DNA of 62,017 nucleotides, counting the filler. It is 4 parts of 4 records of this genome, joined end to end, with 100 filler letters (N's around TTAATTAATTAA, not from the genome) between each part and the next. Parts side by side here need not be neighbours in the genome. Positions count along the whole stretch, not along the records: positions 37,976 to 56,885 come from SRR31156797_9054; 3 more parts are not named here. One strand, written 5' to 3'. Both the position numbers and the translations under genes were made by a program. How positions within the stretch are numbered: position 1 is the stretch's first letter; each line of letters opens with the position of its first letter. This document shows, piece by piece, positions 39,152-48,895 of the stretch. Below the pieces are notes generated by a model. It saw only the letters and a list, made by a program, of their open reading frames with translations. It made no database searches and had not been told where the DNA came from.

Positions 39152-39187
39152 AAAACACCCGATGTTCATTTGAGCATCGGGTGTTTT
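39152..39187. terminator. Bidirectional intrinsic terminator
   Basis: AAAACACCCGATGTTCA-TT-TGAGCATCGGGTGTTTT between convergent genes. Confidence 0.8.
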
Positions 39188-39205
39188 GTTTTATACAGTA
39201 TTTTT

Positions 39206-40699
39206 TTAAAACTTCCAACCTAAGGTTACGGAGGCAATATGATCTGTAGATTTTACTGTAGCAATTGATGAAGTATCATAAAAATCAGGATACCAAATAT
39301 GCCTACTATCATAAGTTGAATTCTTATAAGCTATATCAATAAAGTAATTTTGGTTTCTATATCCTATCCCTCCACTAAGGCTAACTATTTTATTATCTTT
39401 TGGATCATCTTTATATGGCGATGATTGAACTGCATAACCAGCTCTTAGGCTAATTTGTTTATTTAATTTGTATTCACCTCCAACACGAATGTTACTTGCG
39501 GAAGTTAATTGATCTTTAATTTCTTGATTTTTGGTGTTTAGAATATTTATATCCTCAATATTGCTAGATCTAAATTTAGCATTTTTGTATGCAACCTGTT
39601 CGTAATCGATACTTAGAATTGCTTTTTTACCGAATATATAGGAAGCACTTCCAATTAACTTTTGCGGAGTATTTAATTTATAGTCAAAATAACCATTTTC
39701 ATATGCGTAATGATTATATAGATCATTTATTGGATTAAAGAATGTAGCATCAATTCGGGTACCATAATCTTCTTCAATCTTGTACCATGTAGGAGAGTGA
39801 TATGCTAAGCCTACTCTCAATTCTTTAATAGGTTTTACAATAACTCCTAATTTTATATTGACACCAATACCTTCAGCATCCAAATAGTTATTAATGGTGT
39901 AACTGCTAAATGTGTCATAATCAGGTTCTAAGTTGGATTCGCTGTATTGTTCTGTATACTTGGAGTCTTCGCTATATTTAAAATATGAAATATTTAAACC
40001 TCCCCCAATTAGTAAAAAATGACTAATGTTGAAGCCTGTTGATAAGTTTAAATCATTGGAATATCCATTTTTATTAACTTGTCTTATTTGATCTACATTA
40101 TCAATGTCATATAAGAAAGCTGTGTATGCATCTTCAGATTCATCATAATCTATAAGGTATGAATTATATGCCAAACTAGTTATGCCTGAAGAATACTCTA
40201 AGTCGCCAGGATTTATGCCATTAGCATTATTAATTAGTACATCAGTAAAAGAAAAGTTATTCTCAGGAGAAACTGCGGATGATTTATAATTAAAGTTGGT
40301 ATTACGGTTTAAACTGATGGCAAAATGAGAACTAACTAGTCCTTGTTTAGTTTCTCTCATTGGTTTATAGGTTCCAACAAAGCCAATATTATTTAATGAT
40401 AAATTTGTTTTATTATCATTCATTTCTAATCCATTGTAATTGGTGTTGGATGATTTTATGACAATAGAAGGAGTAAAACTGAATTCAGATGTTCTGTACA
40501 CAGCTATTCCTGCTGGATTAATGCTTATGGCACTTATATCTCCTCCGAGGGAACCAAATGCTCCTCCCATTGACATTGACCTGGCTGTACCTAGGTACTG
40601 CTGTTGAGAATAGCGAATAGCATCCTCGTAGGACTGCGCTCCTATTGTATTATAACATAGGGTTAATATAATTCCAATCAATAATTTAGTGTACTTCAT
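39206..40699 (-). CDS. OmpP1/FadL family outer-membrane transporter
   Basis: Signal peptide, GTARSMSMGGAFGSLGGD...NPAG, beta-strands and terminal LGWKF. Confidence 0.88.
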   Translation of the reverse strand: MKYTKLLIGIILTLCYNTIGAQSYEDAIRYSQQQYLGTARSMSMGGAFGSLGGDISAISINPAGIAVYRTSEFSFTPSIVIKSSNTNYNGLEMNDNKTNLSLNNIGFVGTYKPMRETKQGLVSSHFAISLNRNTNFNYKSSAVSPENNFSFTDVLINNANGINPGDLEYSSGITSLAYNSYLIDYDESEDAYTAFLYDIDNVDQIRQVNKNGYSNDLNLSTGFNISHFLLIGGGLNISYFKYSEDSKYTEQYSESNLEPDYDTFSSYTINNYLDAEGIGVNIKLGVIVKPIKELRVGLAYHSPTWYKIEEDYGTRIDATFFNPINDLYNHYAYENGYFDYKLNTPQKLIGSASYIFGKKAILSIDYEQVAYKNAKFRSSNIEDINILNTKNQEIKDQLTSASNIRVGGEYKLNKQISLRAGYAVQSSPYKDDPKDNKIVSLSGGIGYRNQNYFIDIAYKNSTYDSRHIWYPDFYDTSSIATVKSTDHIASVTLGWKF

Positions 40700-40746
40700 A
40701 ATTATTGTGTTATATGCGATTAGTATTTTAATAATCTTTCAAATTA

Positions 40747-42216
40747 TTACCTGCCACTTCTACTTGATCGACTGCTACTGCCAGATCTTGATCCAGAGCT
40801 TCCACTTGATGACCTTGAAGAACCAGAACTACTCCTTGAAGGAGAATAGGAAGAACTACTGCTGCTTCTAGATGGTGTATAAGACGAGCTTCGGCTACTG
40901 CTGCTCGATCTGGAAGGAGTGTACGAAGAAGATTTAGTACTTCTGGAGCTGGAACTTCCTCTGGTATAGGATGTAGATTTTTTACTTCCTGAACTATACG
41001 AAGAATTACTACTACTTCTTCTGGCAGATGAGCTATTGTTGTTGCTTGAGCTTCTGTTATAATTATAATTAGAAGAAGAACTACTGTTTCTTGTAGAAGT
41101 TCTGTTATAACTAGACCTTGTAGTTGTTCTGTATTGAGAACCACTTTTGTAGGTTGGAGTATATGAGCTACGTGCACTAGAACTTCTGCTTGATGTAGAT
41201 GAAGTTGCACTTTTAGTACTTGGTGTATAAGATTTTCTTGTAGACCTTTGGCTATATGTGTTTGACGTACTTGTGCTTTTAGTTGATGTTGCAGCCCGAC
41301 TTCCTCTAACTGCGGCTGTTGCAGGAGTTGTAGTTCTACTGGATCTTTGAGAAATGGTTGCGTTTCCATTTGTACCACTTCTTGAACCTCTCATAGGAGT
41401 AGTTGCTCTAGGAGCTCGATTTCTATTTGAGTAGTATGAAGAGCCATAATGGTATGGATTATACCCATATCCATAATTATAACCGTAGTTTCCGTAATAT
41501 CCGTATCCCCAATAGTCATATGGATAACCGTATCCATAACAATAGTTAAAGCCATAACCATAATAAGGGTAGTACCAAGAATTATAAAAGTATGGAGATA
41601 CTGGATCGTACCATAAACCATAGCGATTCCATCCATAATGTCTGCCAAAACTCCAGTCCCAATAATATCTGCTATGCCAATCAGGAACAACTATAGCGTA
41701 ATCTCCATCGATATAAACATTGTAATCGAAACCGCTTCCAAAGATAACCTGATCGTACAACGGAGACCAATAAGGAATTCCAATAAAAGGACCACGGAAA
41801 CGAGCTAATCGTTCCGCATAATTTTTATCCATTTCAGATCCATCGAATTCATCAACCCAATAACCTGTGCTTTCATCGTGGTATAATAGAGTATCTAATT
41901 CTTCAATAGAGTCGTTTGCTAATAGAGATGCATATTCATTTTGAATAGTGCTAAAATCTCTTAGATTCTCTTGCGTGTTAGCTCTTTCTGACTTCTGGTA
42001 TTCCCTTTGGAGTGCAGAATATTGTTTATTATCCTCTTTTTTTAACTCTTTATCAGGTGTTGGCAATGCTGAATATTCTTCAGATATAACTTGAGGTTTA
42101 TCAGAAGGGTCATAGTACAAATCATCAGCATAAATACCTGAGGTGCTTGAATATTGAGTAGCACATCCTGATAGAATAAGGACAGCAAATAGCGAAATGT
42201 AAATTATCTTTTTCAT
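40747..42216 (-). CDS. Lipoprotein with Tyr/Gly-rich and Ser/Arg/Thr-rich low-complexity regions
   Basis: Lipobox LSGC, DDLYY, Y..RL.RF, a YGYG-rich block, and a long S/R/T tail. Co-oriented upstream of fadL. Confidence 0.8.
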   Translation of the reverse strand: MKKIIYISLFAVLILSGCATQYSSTSGIYADDLYYDPSDKPQVISEEYSALPTPDKELKKEDNKQYSALQREYQKSERANTQENLRDFSTIQNEYASLLANDSIEELDTLLYHDESTGYWVDEFDGSEMDKNYAERLARFRGPFIGIPYWSPLYDQVIFGSGFDYNVYIDGDYAIVVPDWHSRYYWDWSFGRHYGWNRYGLWYDPVSPYFYNSWYYPYYGYGFNYCYGYGYPYDYWGYGYYGNYGYNYGYGYNPYHYGSSYYSNRNRAPRATTPMRGSRSGTNGNATISQRSSRTTTPATAAVRGSRAATSTKSTSTSNTYSQRSTRKSYTPSTKSATSSTSSRSSSARSSYTPTYKSGSQYRTTTRSSYNRTSTRNSSSSSNYNYNRSSSNNNSSSARRSSSNSSYSSGSKKSTSYTRGSSSSRSTKSSSYTPSRSSSSSRSSSYTPSRSSSSSSYSPSRSSSGSSRSSSGSSGSRSGSSSRSSRSGR

Positions 42217-42510
42217 GGCACCAACTTTTAGATTTTAACCAAATTAACTAAAGACTTTATTAAAATGCATTAATAATAATCATTTTCCAATTTTAGATAG
42301 CCTTTAATTCTAAAGTATTAATAACAATAAATGTACCATATATTGCCTGTTTTGTAATGTTATCAAACATAAATAGCTTTTTTATTGAATTAATACCATT
42401 TATAGTGTATCTAGGTCATTTTGTTGCTCAATTAGAAACACAATTATTAAACTTATCTAACAATTATAAATGAAAATTTAAATACACTTGATAAGATATC
42501 TTATAAGAAA

Positions 42511-42556
42511 AATGGCCTTTAATAAAGTGCATTAAAACACTTTACCAAAGGCCATT
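42511..42556. terminator. Hairpin downstream of the GH43 gene
   Basis: AATGGCCTTT..AAAGTG...CACTTT..AAAGGCCATT, with an A-run on its left. Confidence 0.55.
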
Positions 42557-42606
42557 AAATTAATTTCAGATAATGAACTCAAGAGTTCAATACGAATACA
42601 AATCTT

Positions 42607-45600
42607 CTATTCTACAATTACTTTTAACTGAATCTCTTTATATTTTGGATCTAGTTCTTGCTCTCTTGTCATATTTAAAATAGGAGTGCCGTTTTGAGAA
42701 AAATTAACGCTTTTAGCAAAAGCATGTCTGCCCGGATCATATAATCCACCATCAATGGTTTCTTTAGGATTACGAGCGTGATAAATGATCATTGGATTAC
42801 CGTATTCATCAATGGTAAATGAATTATGGCCAGGACCATTTTGCTCCTTAGGTAAATCCTCAGTTGATAATAAAGGATATCTTGATTTTTTCCATGAATT
42901 TACATCCAATAAATCAGTACCTTCTTCTGCACTTAACATTCCTACACAATAAGTGTGATTCACGGCTGATGCAGAAAAAGCTAGAAATATTTTGCCATTA
43001 TTTTTAATTACAGCTGGTCCTTCATTTACCCAAACATCTTCCCATTCCCAAGCGTATTCAGGTCTAGTAACAATAGTGAATTTACTGGTAGTTTTCCAAG
43101 GTTTGTTTGCATCAACCGAAGCAATAAGTATACTTGAATGACCTACGGATTGAGCCCAGGCTACATAATGTACGCCATTACTTTCAAAATGCGTCATATC
43201 CAACGAAAAGTTGGTAAATGAAATTTCATCGCCATTTGAAGCTTCCATTAAATGTCCTTCTTTTTCCCAACATTCAGGATTAAAAGGATCTTTCTCACCT
43301 TTATTACAGGCTATAATTCGCGGACGAATAGACCACGGTGATCTATTACTAACCGAAGTTGTGAAAAATACATACCAATTACCATTTATTTGGTGAATTT
43401 CCGGAGCCCAAATATATCGGAAAGACGAATCTGTATTGGCTTCATCCCAAATAGTTATTTCCTTAGCTGTTGCTAACCCTTCAATTGTTTTTGCTCTTCG
43501 CAAAATAACCCTGTCATATCCTTCCGGATCATTATGTCCAACCATTGGATACGAAGCGGTAAAATAATAATATCCATCATCTCCTTTAAAAATCCACGGA
43601 TCAGCTCTTTGTGCAATTAAAGGAGAAGTATATTCTGGTTGCTGAACAGTTCCGTTAATAGAATATGTACCAGGCTTATTGATGTCAATATTACTTAGCT
43701 CGTCTTGGTTCCATTTTACAGCTAATTTCTTGCTGGAGCCATCACTGTATTTAGCAGTTATCGTTTCTGGTAAATTTACTGTTGTTCCTACTTTAACTTT
43801 TACGTCAGCTATTTTTTCAATTCCTGTATTATGAATTTTACCGTAAGCAAGCAAAATCTTCTCATATTCGTTTTTTGTTAAACCAATGCTGCTAAAATCT
43901 TTAGCTCCTGCAGGAATTCTTTCAGCTTCGTTGCTTATAGAAAATGAAGCAATCTCATTCGTTGTGTCAATTGTTTTTAAATCTGCAGTTAATGACTCAT
44001 AATACTTTCCATCCAAGCTTTTCCATTGAATAGCAAATGCCTTTTTAGCATTATCATATTTGCAAGAGAAAAATTCAACACCTTCCTGTGTATTCAATTT
44101 CAGATATCGTTCATTTGTGTAATCAACTAAATCTTTAGAATCATACACCATAAATCCATTGGTATTGTTATCAGAAGCAATCAAACCAAAGGTTCCATCA
44201 GGCTTTCTAAATATGGTTGGAAAACGCATTTTCTTTGATCCTACTAAAGGATAAACCAATGCCTTTTCGTTATTTAAAGAAGTGTACTTATTACCATCGC
44301 GACTATGAGCAGCAAAATAACTCCTGGCTCTTTGTTTATCATTATCCGATTGTCCACCCTTTAAAATATAACTGGCAATGAAACCATAATTTTCTTCCAA
44401 CACAGTTACATCAAACTCTTTTGTTAAGCTTTTTCCCTTAGCAGAAATAGTAGCTGTTAATGTTACTTGCTGATTACCTTTCCCTATTTCGGGGCGAAAA
44501 ACCTGGCCATAATTATCAATAACTGCTTTATTATTGCTTTCCCAGCTTATTGAATAATTATCTCCAATACTAGTTGGTAAAATAATATCATTTGTGGCAA
44601 CCTCAATTGCAATATCAAGCTGCTTGGTATAATATGCCAGATTATTAGATAGCGTATTAGCAAGAATGGTTAATTCAAATGATTTTGTTACTCTTTCACC
44701 AGCTAAAGCTAAAGTCGCCGTAAGTACTGCTTTCTGATCTTTCTTATTTTTACGCTTAATAATACCTGAATTATTTAAACATGATGAATTAGATGATTCC
44801 CAGCTGATATTACTTCCGTTTTTACCAACTGATGGTAAAGAAATATCATTTATAACTTTTAATTCTCCTATGTTTAATAAAGCTTTATCTTTTTCTAAAA
44901 CTTCCAGAGTGGATTTGGAACCCAGAACGCTGTAATATTCATTTTTTACCTGATTGTCAGAAAGTACTGAATTATATATTCTAAGCCTTTTTACACTTCC
45001 TTTGTAAAATGGATCATTATATGAAGAACGTCCAATATAGGCTACAATATCGTTTCCGAAATCTGTAATGTTACGACTAATAGCTACTTCACCAACTTTA
45101 ACATCGTTATAATAAGAAATAATGGAAGAGGGAGTTAATATCGTAGTATATAAATTCCAACCTTTACTGCTTATGGGACCAGGAACTCCTTGTGCATTAT
45201 TCGATGGCGAAAATCCGTATTCTGTATTCCATGGTGAACCATCAGAAACAGTATTTGTAATCACAGATTTTAATCTTCCACTTCCATTTGCGGGATTTAA
45301 CAACCAGTAGCTTTTGGGTAAACTCTCCTTTGTTCCAATAAACATAGCCGCATAATTTCCAGATCCGGTTTCATTCTTTAACCAAACAGAGATACTCAAG
45401 GTATCATTTTTCTGAAAAACAGATGAAGGTATTTCAACATATGGAGCATTTGATCCAGTATTACCCCCAGACAAATAAAGTTCTCCATTTTCTATAGAAG
45501 CTCCATCTCCTTTTATTGTTCCGGAAATACCATTCGGAGAAGAATCTAATACTTTTCCATCTTCTAGTGAATTCTTAAAATCATAACTTAATAATAAATG

Positions 45601-45684
45601 CTTATCATTTTGTTGTTGGGCTAAGCCCGATAAAATTGGTATAAACATGAATACATATACCAAGGATAAAAACTTTAAATTCAT
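42607..45684 (-). CDS. Multidomain GH43 glycoside hydrolase (LamG, Ig-like repeats, C-terminal GH43; probable arabinofuranosidase)
   Basis: Signal peptide, LamG (WN..T...YIGRSSY.DP), two ISWES Ig-like repeats, Big-like LPETITAKYSDGS, and GH43 RADPW, WAPE, SLD, VNEGP, GPGHNSF. Confidence 0.88.
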   Translation of the reverse strand: MNLKFLSLVYVFMFIPILSGLAQQQNDKHLLLSYDFKNSLEDGKVLDSSPNGISGTIKGDGASIENGELYLSGGNTGSNAPYVEIPSSVFQKNDTLSISVWLKNETGSGNYAAMFIGTKESLPKSYWLLNPANGSGRLKSVITNTVSDGSPWNTEYGFSPSNNAQGVPGPISSKGWNLYTTILTPSSIISYYNDVKVGEVAISRNITDFGNDIVAYIGRSSYNDPFYKGSVKRLRIYNSVLSDNQVKNEYYSVLGSKSTLEVLEKDKALLNIGELKVINDISLPSVGKNGSNISWESSNSSCLNNSGIIKRKNKKDQKAVLTATLALAGERVTKSFELTILANTLSNNLAYYTKQLDIAIEVATNDIILPTSIGDNYSISWESNNKAVIDNYGQVFRPEIGKGNQQVTLTATISAKGKSLTKEFDVTVLEENYGFIASYILKGGQSDNDKQRARSYFAAHSRDGNKYTSLNNEKALVYPLVGSKKMRFPTIFRKPDGTFGLIASDNNTNGFMVYDSKDLVDYTNERYLKLNTQEGVEFFSCKYDNAKKAFAIQWKSLDGKYYESLTADLKTIDTTNEIASFSISNEAERIPAGAKDFSSIGLTKNEYEKILLAYGKIHNTGIEKIADVKVKVGTTVNLPETITAKYSDGSSKKLAVKWNQDELSNIDINKPGTYSINGTVQQPEYTSPLIAQRADPWIFKGDDGYYYFTASYPMVGHNDPEGYDRVILRRAKTIEGLATAKEITIWDEANTDSSFRYIWAPEIHQINGNWYVFFTTSVSNRSPWSIRPRIIACNKGEKDPFNPECWEKEGHLMEASNGDEISFTNFSLDMTHFESNGVHYVAWAQSVGHSSILIASVDANKPWKTTSKFTIVTRPEYAWEWEDVWVNEGPAVIKNNGKIFLAFSASAVNHTYCVGMLSAEEGTDLLDVNSWKKSRYPLLSTEDLPKEQNGPGHNSFTIDEYGNPMIIYHARNPKETIDGGLYDPGRHAFAKSVNFSQNGTPILNMTREQELDPKYKEIQLKVIVE

Positions 45685-46221
45685 ATGCTTAAATTTATTT
45701 CTTATTGTTCAGATAGAACTTGCAATTACATTAATCATCCTTTTGCTTGTTAATTTGGTATCTTCAAATATAATATGTTCGTATCATATTAATGTGCCTA
45801 ACTAACCATAAATATGATCTCATTTTGAACGAATCATATTTAGCAATAATAACATTTTTTTTGAATCCAAAACTGTATAATAATCTGCAAGTAAACATTT
45901 GTTAAATTAGTGATAGTTATTGTTGTAATTGTTAAAAAAAACATGCAAGAAATATAGAATTCTATATGTTATAAATTAGTTTGCTTTGCAATATTTACAA
46001 TCATATTTTTTAAAAATAATTAAAGAGGATTGTTAGCAAAGAGCATTCTAAGTAAATGGTTTCATAGGTTATGTAAAAAAACTGTTTTTGTGCTATTTTT
46101 ATAAACATACGTTTAAAGTTTTATAGCAAATAAGTGTAAACAGCATATTAGATAATGATAATTGACGAATTTAGTAGTGATTATGCATAAAAAGAGCTTG
46201 TCAGTCATGTAAAACATGGCG

Positions 46222-46229
46222 TATATTTG
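46222..46229 (+). promoter_or_regulatory. Bacteroidota -7 promoter element for GH30
   Basis: TATATTTG with a TTG about 21 nt upstream. Confidence 0.45.
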
Positions 46230-46323
46230 TTATTAATGAAATTTAATTATCGTATTACAAGTAAATGCGATTTGATTAGGGGTAATCAACAACTTTAACT
46301 AGTAATTAATTAAATTTTTAAGT

Positions 46324-47790
46324 ATGAATTTGAGAGTTTTAATCGTTGGTTTAATTTTATTTACATCCATTGTAAATGCTCAAACTTTTATGTGGACGAG
46401 TAGTACAGAGGGGAACACATGGAAAAACACCTCTGTAAAACTGCAAAAAGAATCAAAAGTAAATGCAAGTCTTGAAGTAAAAGGAAATGAAGAGATAGTA
46501 ACATTTAAAGCATGGGGAACCTGTTTTAATGAAAAAGGATGGGATGCGCTTAATATGCTTACTAGAAAAGAACAGGAATCAATTTTGGGTAATTTATTTT
46601 CACCTAAAGGAGATTTACGTTTGACAATGGGGCGTTTTTCTATGAATGCAAATGATTATGCCCGCGATTGGTACAGTTGTGATGAAGTTTCTGGTGATTT
46701 TAACTTGCATTATTTTAATATTGATAGAGATAGAACTTCAATCATTCCATTTATTAAAGCAGCTCAGTATTTTAATCCAGATTTAAAATTTTGGATTTCT
46801 CCATGGTCACCACCATCATGGATGAAGATTAACCATTATTACTCTGTAGTAAGTAATGAGTGGTTTAATGAAATGGATCCAAAATTAAATTACTTACTAC
46901 ATGAGGACACCAAAGTAATTGACGAAAGCGTATTTCCTAAACAAGCAGCAGTTAATGATTATTTAATCCAGGATCCTCGTTATTTACAAACGTATGCTAA
47001 CTATTTTAGCAAATTTGTTACTGCATATAAAGAAGAAGGTATTCCAGTTACAACTGTTATGTTTCAGAATGAACCATGGAGTTATACACCATACCCTGGT
47101 TGTGCCTGGACTCCAGAGGGAATTATAAATTTTAACGCTGATTATTTAGCCCCAACGTTGAAAAAGGATCACCCTGAAGTTTCAGTTTACTTTGGAACTA
47201 TTAATTCAAATCGTTACGATGCTGTAGATGAAGTGTTATCTGATCCTCGTGCTGCAGAAACATTTCAAGGTGTTGGATTTCAGTGGGAAGGTGGACAAAT
47301 ATTACCTAAGGTTCGCGAAAAGTATCCAAATTATAAGTATGTGCAAACAGAAAGTGAATGTGGATGGGGATCTTTTGACTGGGGTGCTGCGGAGCACACT
47401 TTTGGCTTAATAAACCATTATTTAGGAAATGGTTGTGAAGAATATACTTTCTGGAATGCTATTTTATATGATGATGGTGTTAGTGGATGGGGATGGAAGC
47501 AAAATGCACTTATCCGTGTAGATTCAAAAGAAAAAACCTTTACTTATACTCCGGAGTATTATGCTGTTAAGCACTATACACAGTTCGTTAAACCAGGAAG
47601 TAAAGTATTGGCTTTTCAAGGAAGAGAAGAAAGAGTTCCAATTTTGGTTGTGCTAAATCCAGAAGGCAAATATGTTGTTTTTGCAGGAAATTTTACGGAT
47701 GAATCTAAAGATGTTTCTGTAAAAGTTGGAGGTAAGTATTTAAATGTAACTCTTGCGGCGCATTCTTTAAATACTTTAAAAATGAAATAG
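46324..47790 (+). CDS. Glycoside hydrolase family 30, secreted
   Basis: WGTCFNE, SPWSPPSWMK, FQNEP (acid/base), QTESECG (nucleophile) and W.QNAL. Confidence 0.9.
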   Translation: MNLRVLIVGLILFTSIVNAQTFMWTSSTEGNTWKNTSVKLQKESKVNASLEVKGNEEIVTFKAWGTCFNEKGWDALNMLTRKEQESILGNLFSPKGDLRLTMGRFSMNANDYARDWYSCDEVSGDFNLHYFNIDRDRTSIIPFIKAAQYFNPDLKFWISPWSPPSWMKINHYYSVVSNEWFNEMDPKLNYLLHEDTKVIDESVFPKQAAVNDYLIQDPRYLQTYANYFSKFVTAYKEEGIPVTTVMFQNEPWSYTPYPGCAWTPEGIINFNADYLAPTLKKDHPEVSVYFGTINSNRYDAVDEVLSDPRAAETFQGVGFQWEGGQILPKVREKYPNYKYVQTESECGWGSFDWGAAEHTFGLINHYLGNGCEEYTFWNAILYDDGVSGWGWKQNALIRVDSKEKTFTYTPEYYAVKHYTQFVKPGSKVLAFQGREERVPILVVLNPEGKYVVFAGNFTDESKDVSVKVGGKYLNVTLAAHSLNTLKMK

Positions 47791-47812
47791 GTTATTTTTA
47801 ACCTCATATATG

Positions 47813-47845
47813 AAAGGCAAGAAAAATTAATTTCTTGCCTTTTTT
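47813..47845 (+). terminator. Intrinsic terminator after GH30
   Basis: AAAGGCAAGAAA-loop-TTTCTTGCCTTTTTT. Confidence 0.8.
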
Positions 47846-47906
47846 ATTGTTTATATTTTATTGAAAAACAAATAGATAGGTTTGTTGTTAGAAGAAATAA
47901 AAGCCT

Positions 47907-48842
47907 ATGAAACGTCGCGACTTTATTAAAACAACAGCAGCTACCATGGCAGGTTTATCTGTGGCAGGAATATCATCTTCATTTATTAAAAAAGGGATTC
48001 CATACCGAATTTTGGGAAAAACAGGATTGGAAGTGTCTTTAATTAGTGTGGGAGGACATCATATTGGCGACAGGTTTATAAGTGATGAAACATCTGTTGA
48101 GCTAATTAGAGAGGCGATTGATAATGGTGTTAATTTTTTAGATAATGCCTGGCATTATAATAAAGGTAGGAGCGAGGAGTTGATGGGAAAAGCTTTATTG
48201 GAAGGTTATCGGGAGAAAGCTATATTAATGACAAAGCACCATGGGCGTGATCCTAAAACCGCTCAAGAGCATTTAGAGACCAGTTTAAAGCGTTTGCAAA
48301 CAGATTATCTGGATTTATGGCAGTTTCATGAAATAGAAAGTATGGAGGCTGTTGAGAAAATATACTCCAGTGGTGTTCTTGATTATGTTCAGAAGAAAAA
48401 GGATGAAGGTGTAATTCGTCATATTGGTTTTACCGGACATACGCGACCAAATATTCATAAGGCCATGCTGGAAAAAGGATTTGACTGGGAAACTGTTCAA
48501 ATGCCCATTAACGTATTAGATCATCATTACTTAAGCTTTTCGCAGGAGATAATTCCTATGTTGGTTGAAAAAAATATAGGAATTATTGGAATGAAGTCTG
48601 TGGCTTCAGGAGCCATTGTAAATGAAGGGATTGCCACGATAGAAGAGTGTTTACGTTTTAGTATGACAGCACCTGTTTCAACTTTGGTTTCAGGAATGAA
48701 TAATCTAAAACATCTTCGACATAACCTTGAGATAACTCGTAATTTTAAGCCGATGTCGCAATCAGAGATTACTGTTTTACTAGAAAAAACATACGATCAT
48801 GCTCAAGGAGGAAAGCATGAATGGTATAAGGATAAAGTATAA
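47907..48842 (+). CDS. Aldo/keto reductase with Tat signal
   Basis: MKRRDFIK, R.LGKTG..VS, DNAW.Y..G.SE, SLKRLQTDYLDLWQFH and IGFTGH. Confidence 0.9.
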   Translation: MKRRDFIKTTAATMAGLSVAGISSSFIKKGIPYRILGKTGLEVSLISVGGHHIGDRFISDETSVELIREAIDNGVNFLDNAWHYNKGRSEELMGKALLEGYREKAILMTKHHGRDPKTAQEHLETSLKRLQTDYLDLWQFHEIESMEAVEKIYSSGVLDYVQKKKDEGVIRHIGFTGHTRPNIHKAMLEKGFDWETVQMPINVLDHHYLSFSQEIIPMLVEKNIGIIGMKSVASGAIVNEGIATIEECLRFSMTAPVSTLVSGMNNLKHLRHNLEITRNFKPMSQSEITVLLEKTYDHAQGGKHEWYKDKV

Positions 48843-48853
48843 ACTCTATAATT

Positions 48854-48890
48854 AAACCCGGTGGTTAATCAGTATAACCACCGGAGTTTT
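48854..48890. terminator. Bidirectional terminator
   Basis: CCGGTGGTTA-loop-TAACCACCGG between convergent genes. Confidence 0.7.
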
Positions 48891-48895
48891 ATATT

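Noticed and set aside
40728-41690. Alternative-frame ORFs (216 aa and 99 aa) within the low-complexity lipoprotein
   Set aside because: They are by-products of Ser/Tyr-rich codon repetition and have no independent start signals or protein features.
47907-48842. Tat-exported aldo/keto reductase next to GH30 as a novel sugar-redox module
   Set aside because: Tat-signal AKRs are common in Bacteroidota, and a strong terminator separates it from GH30.
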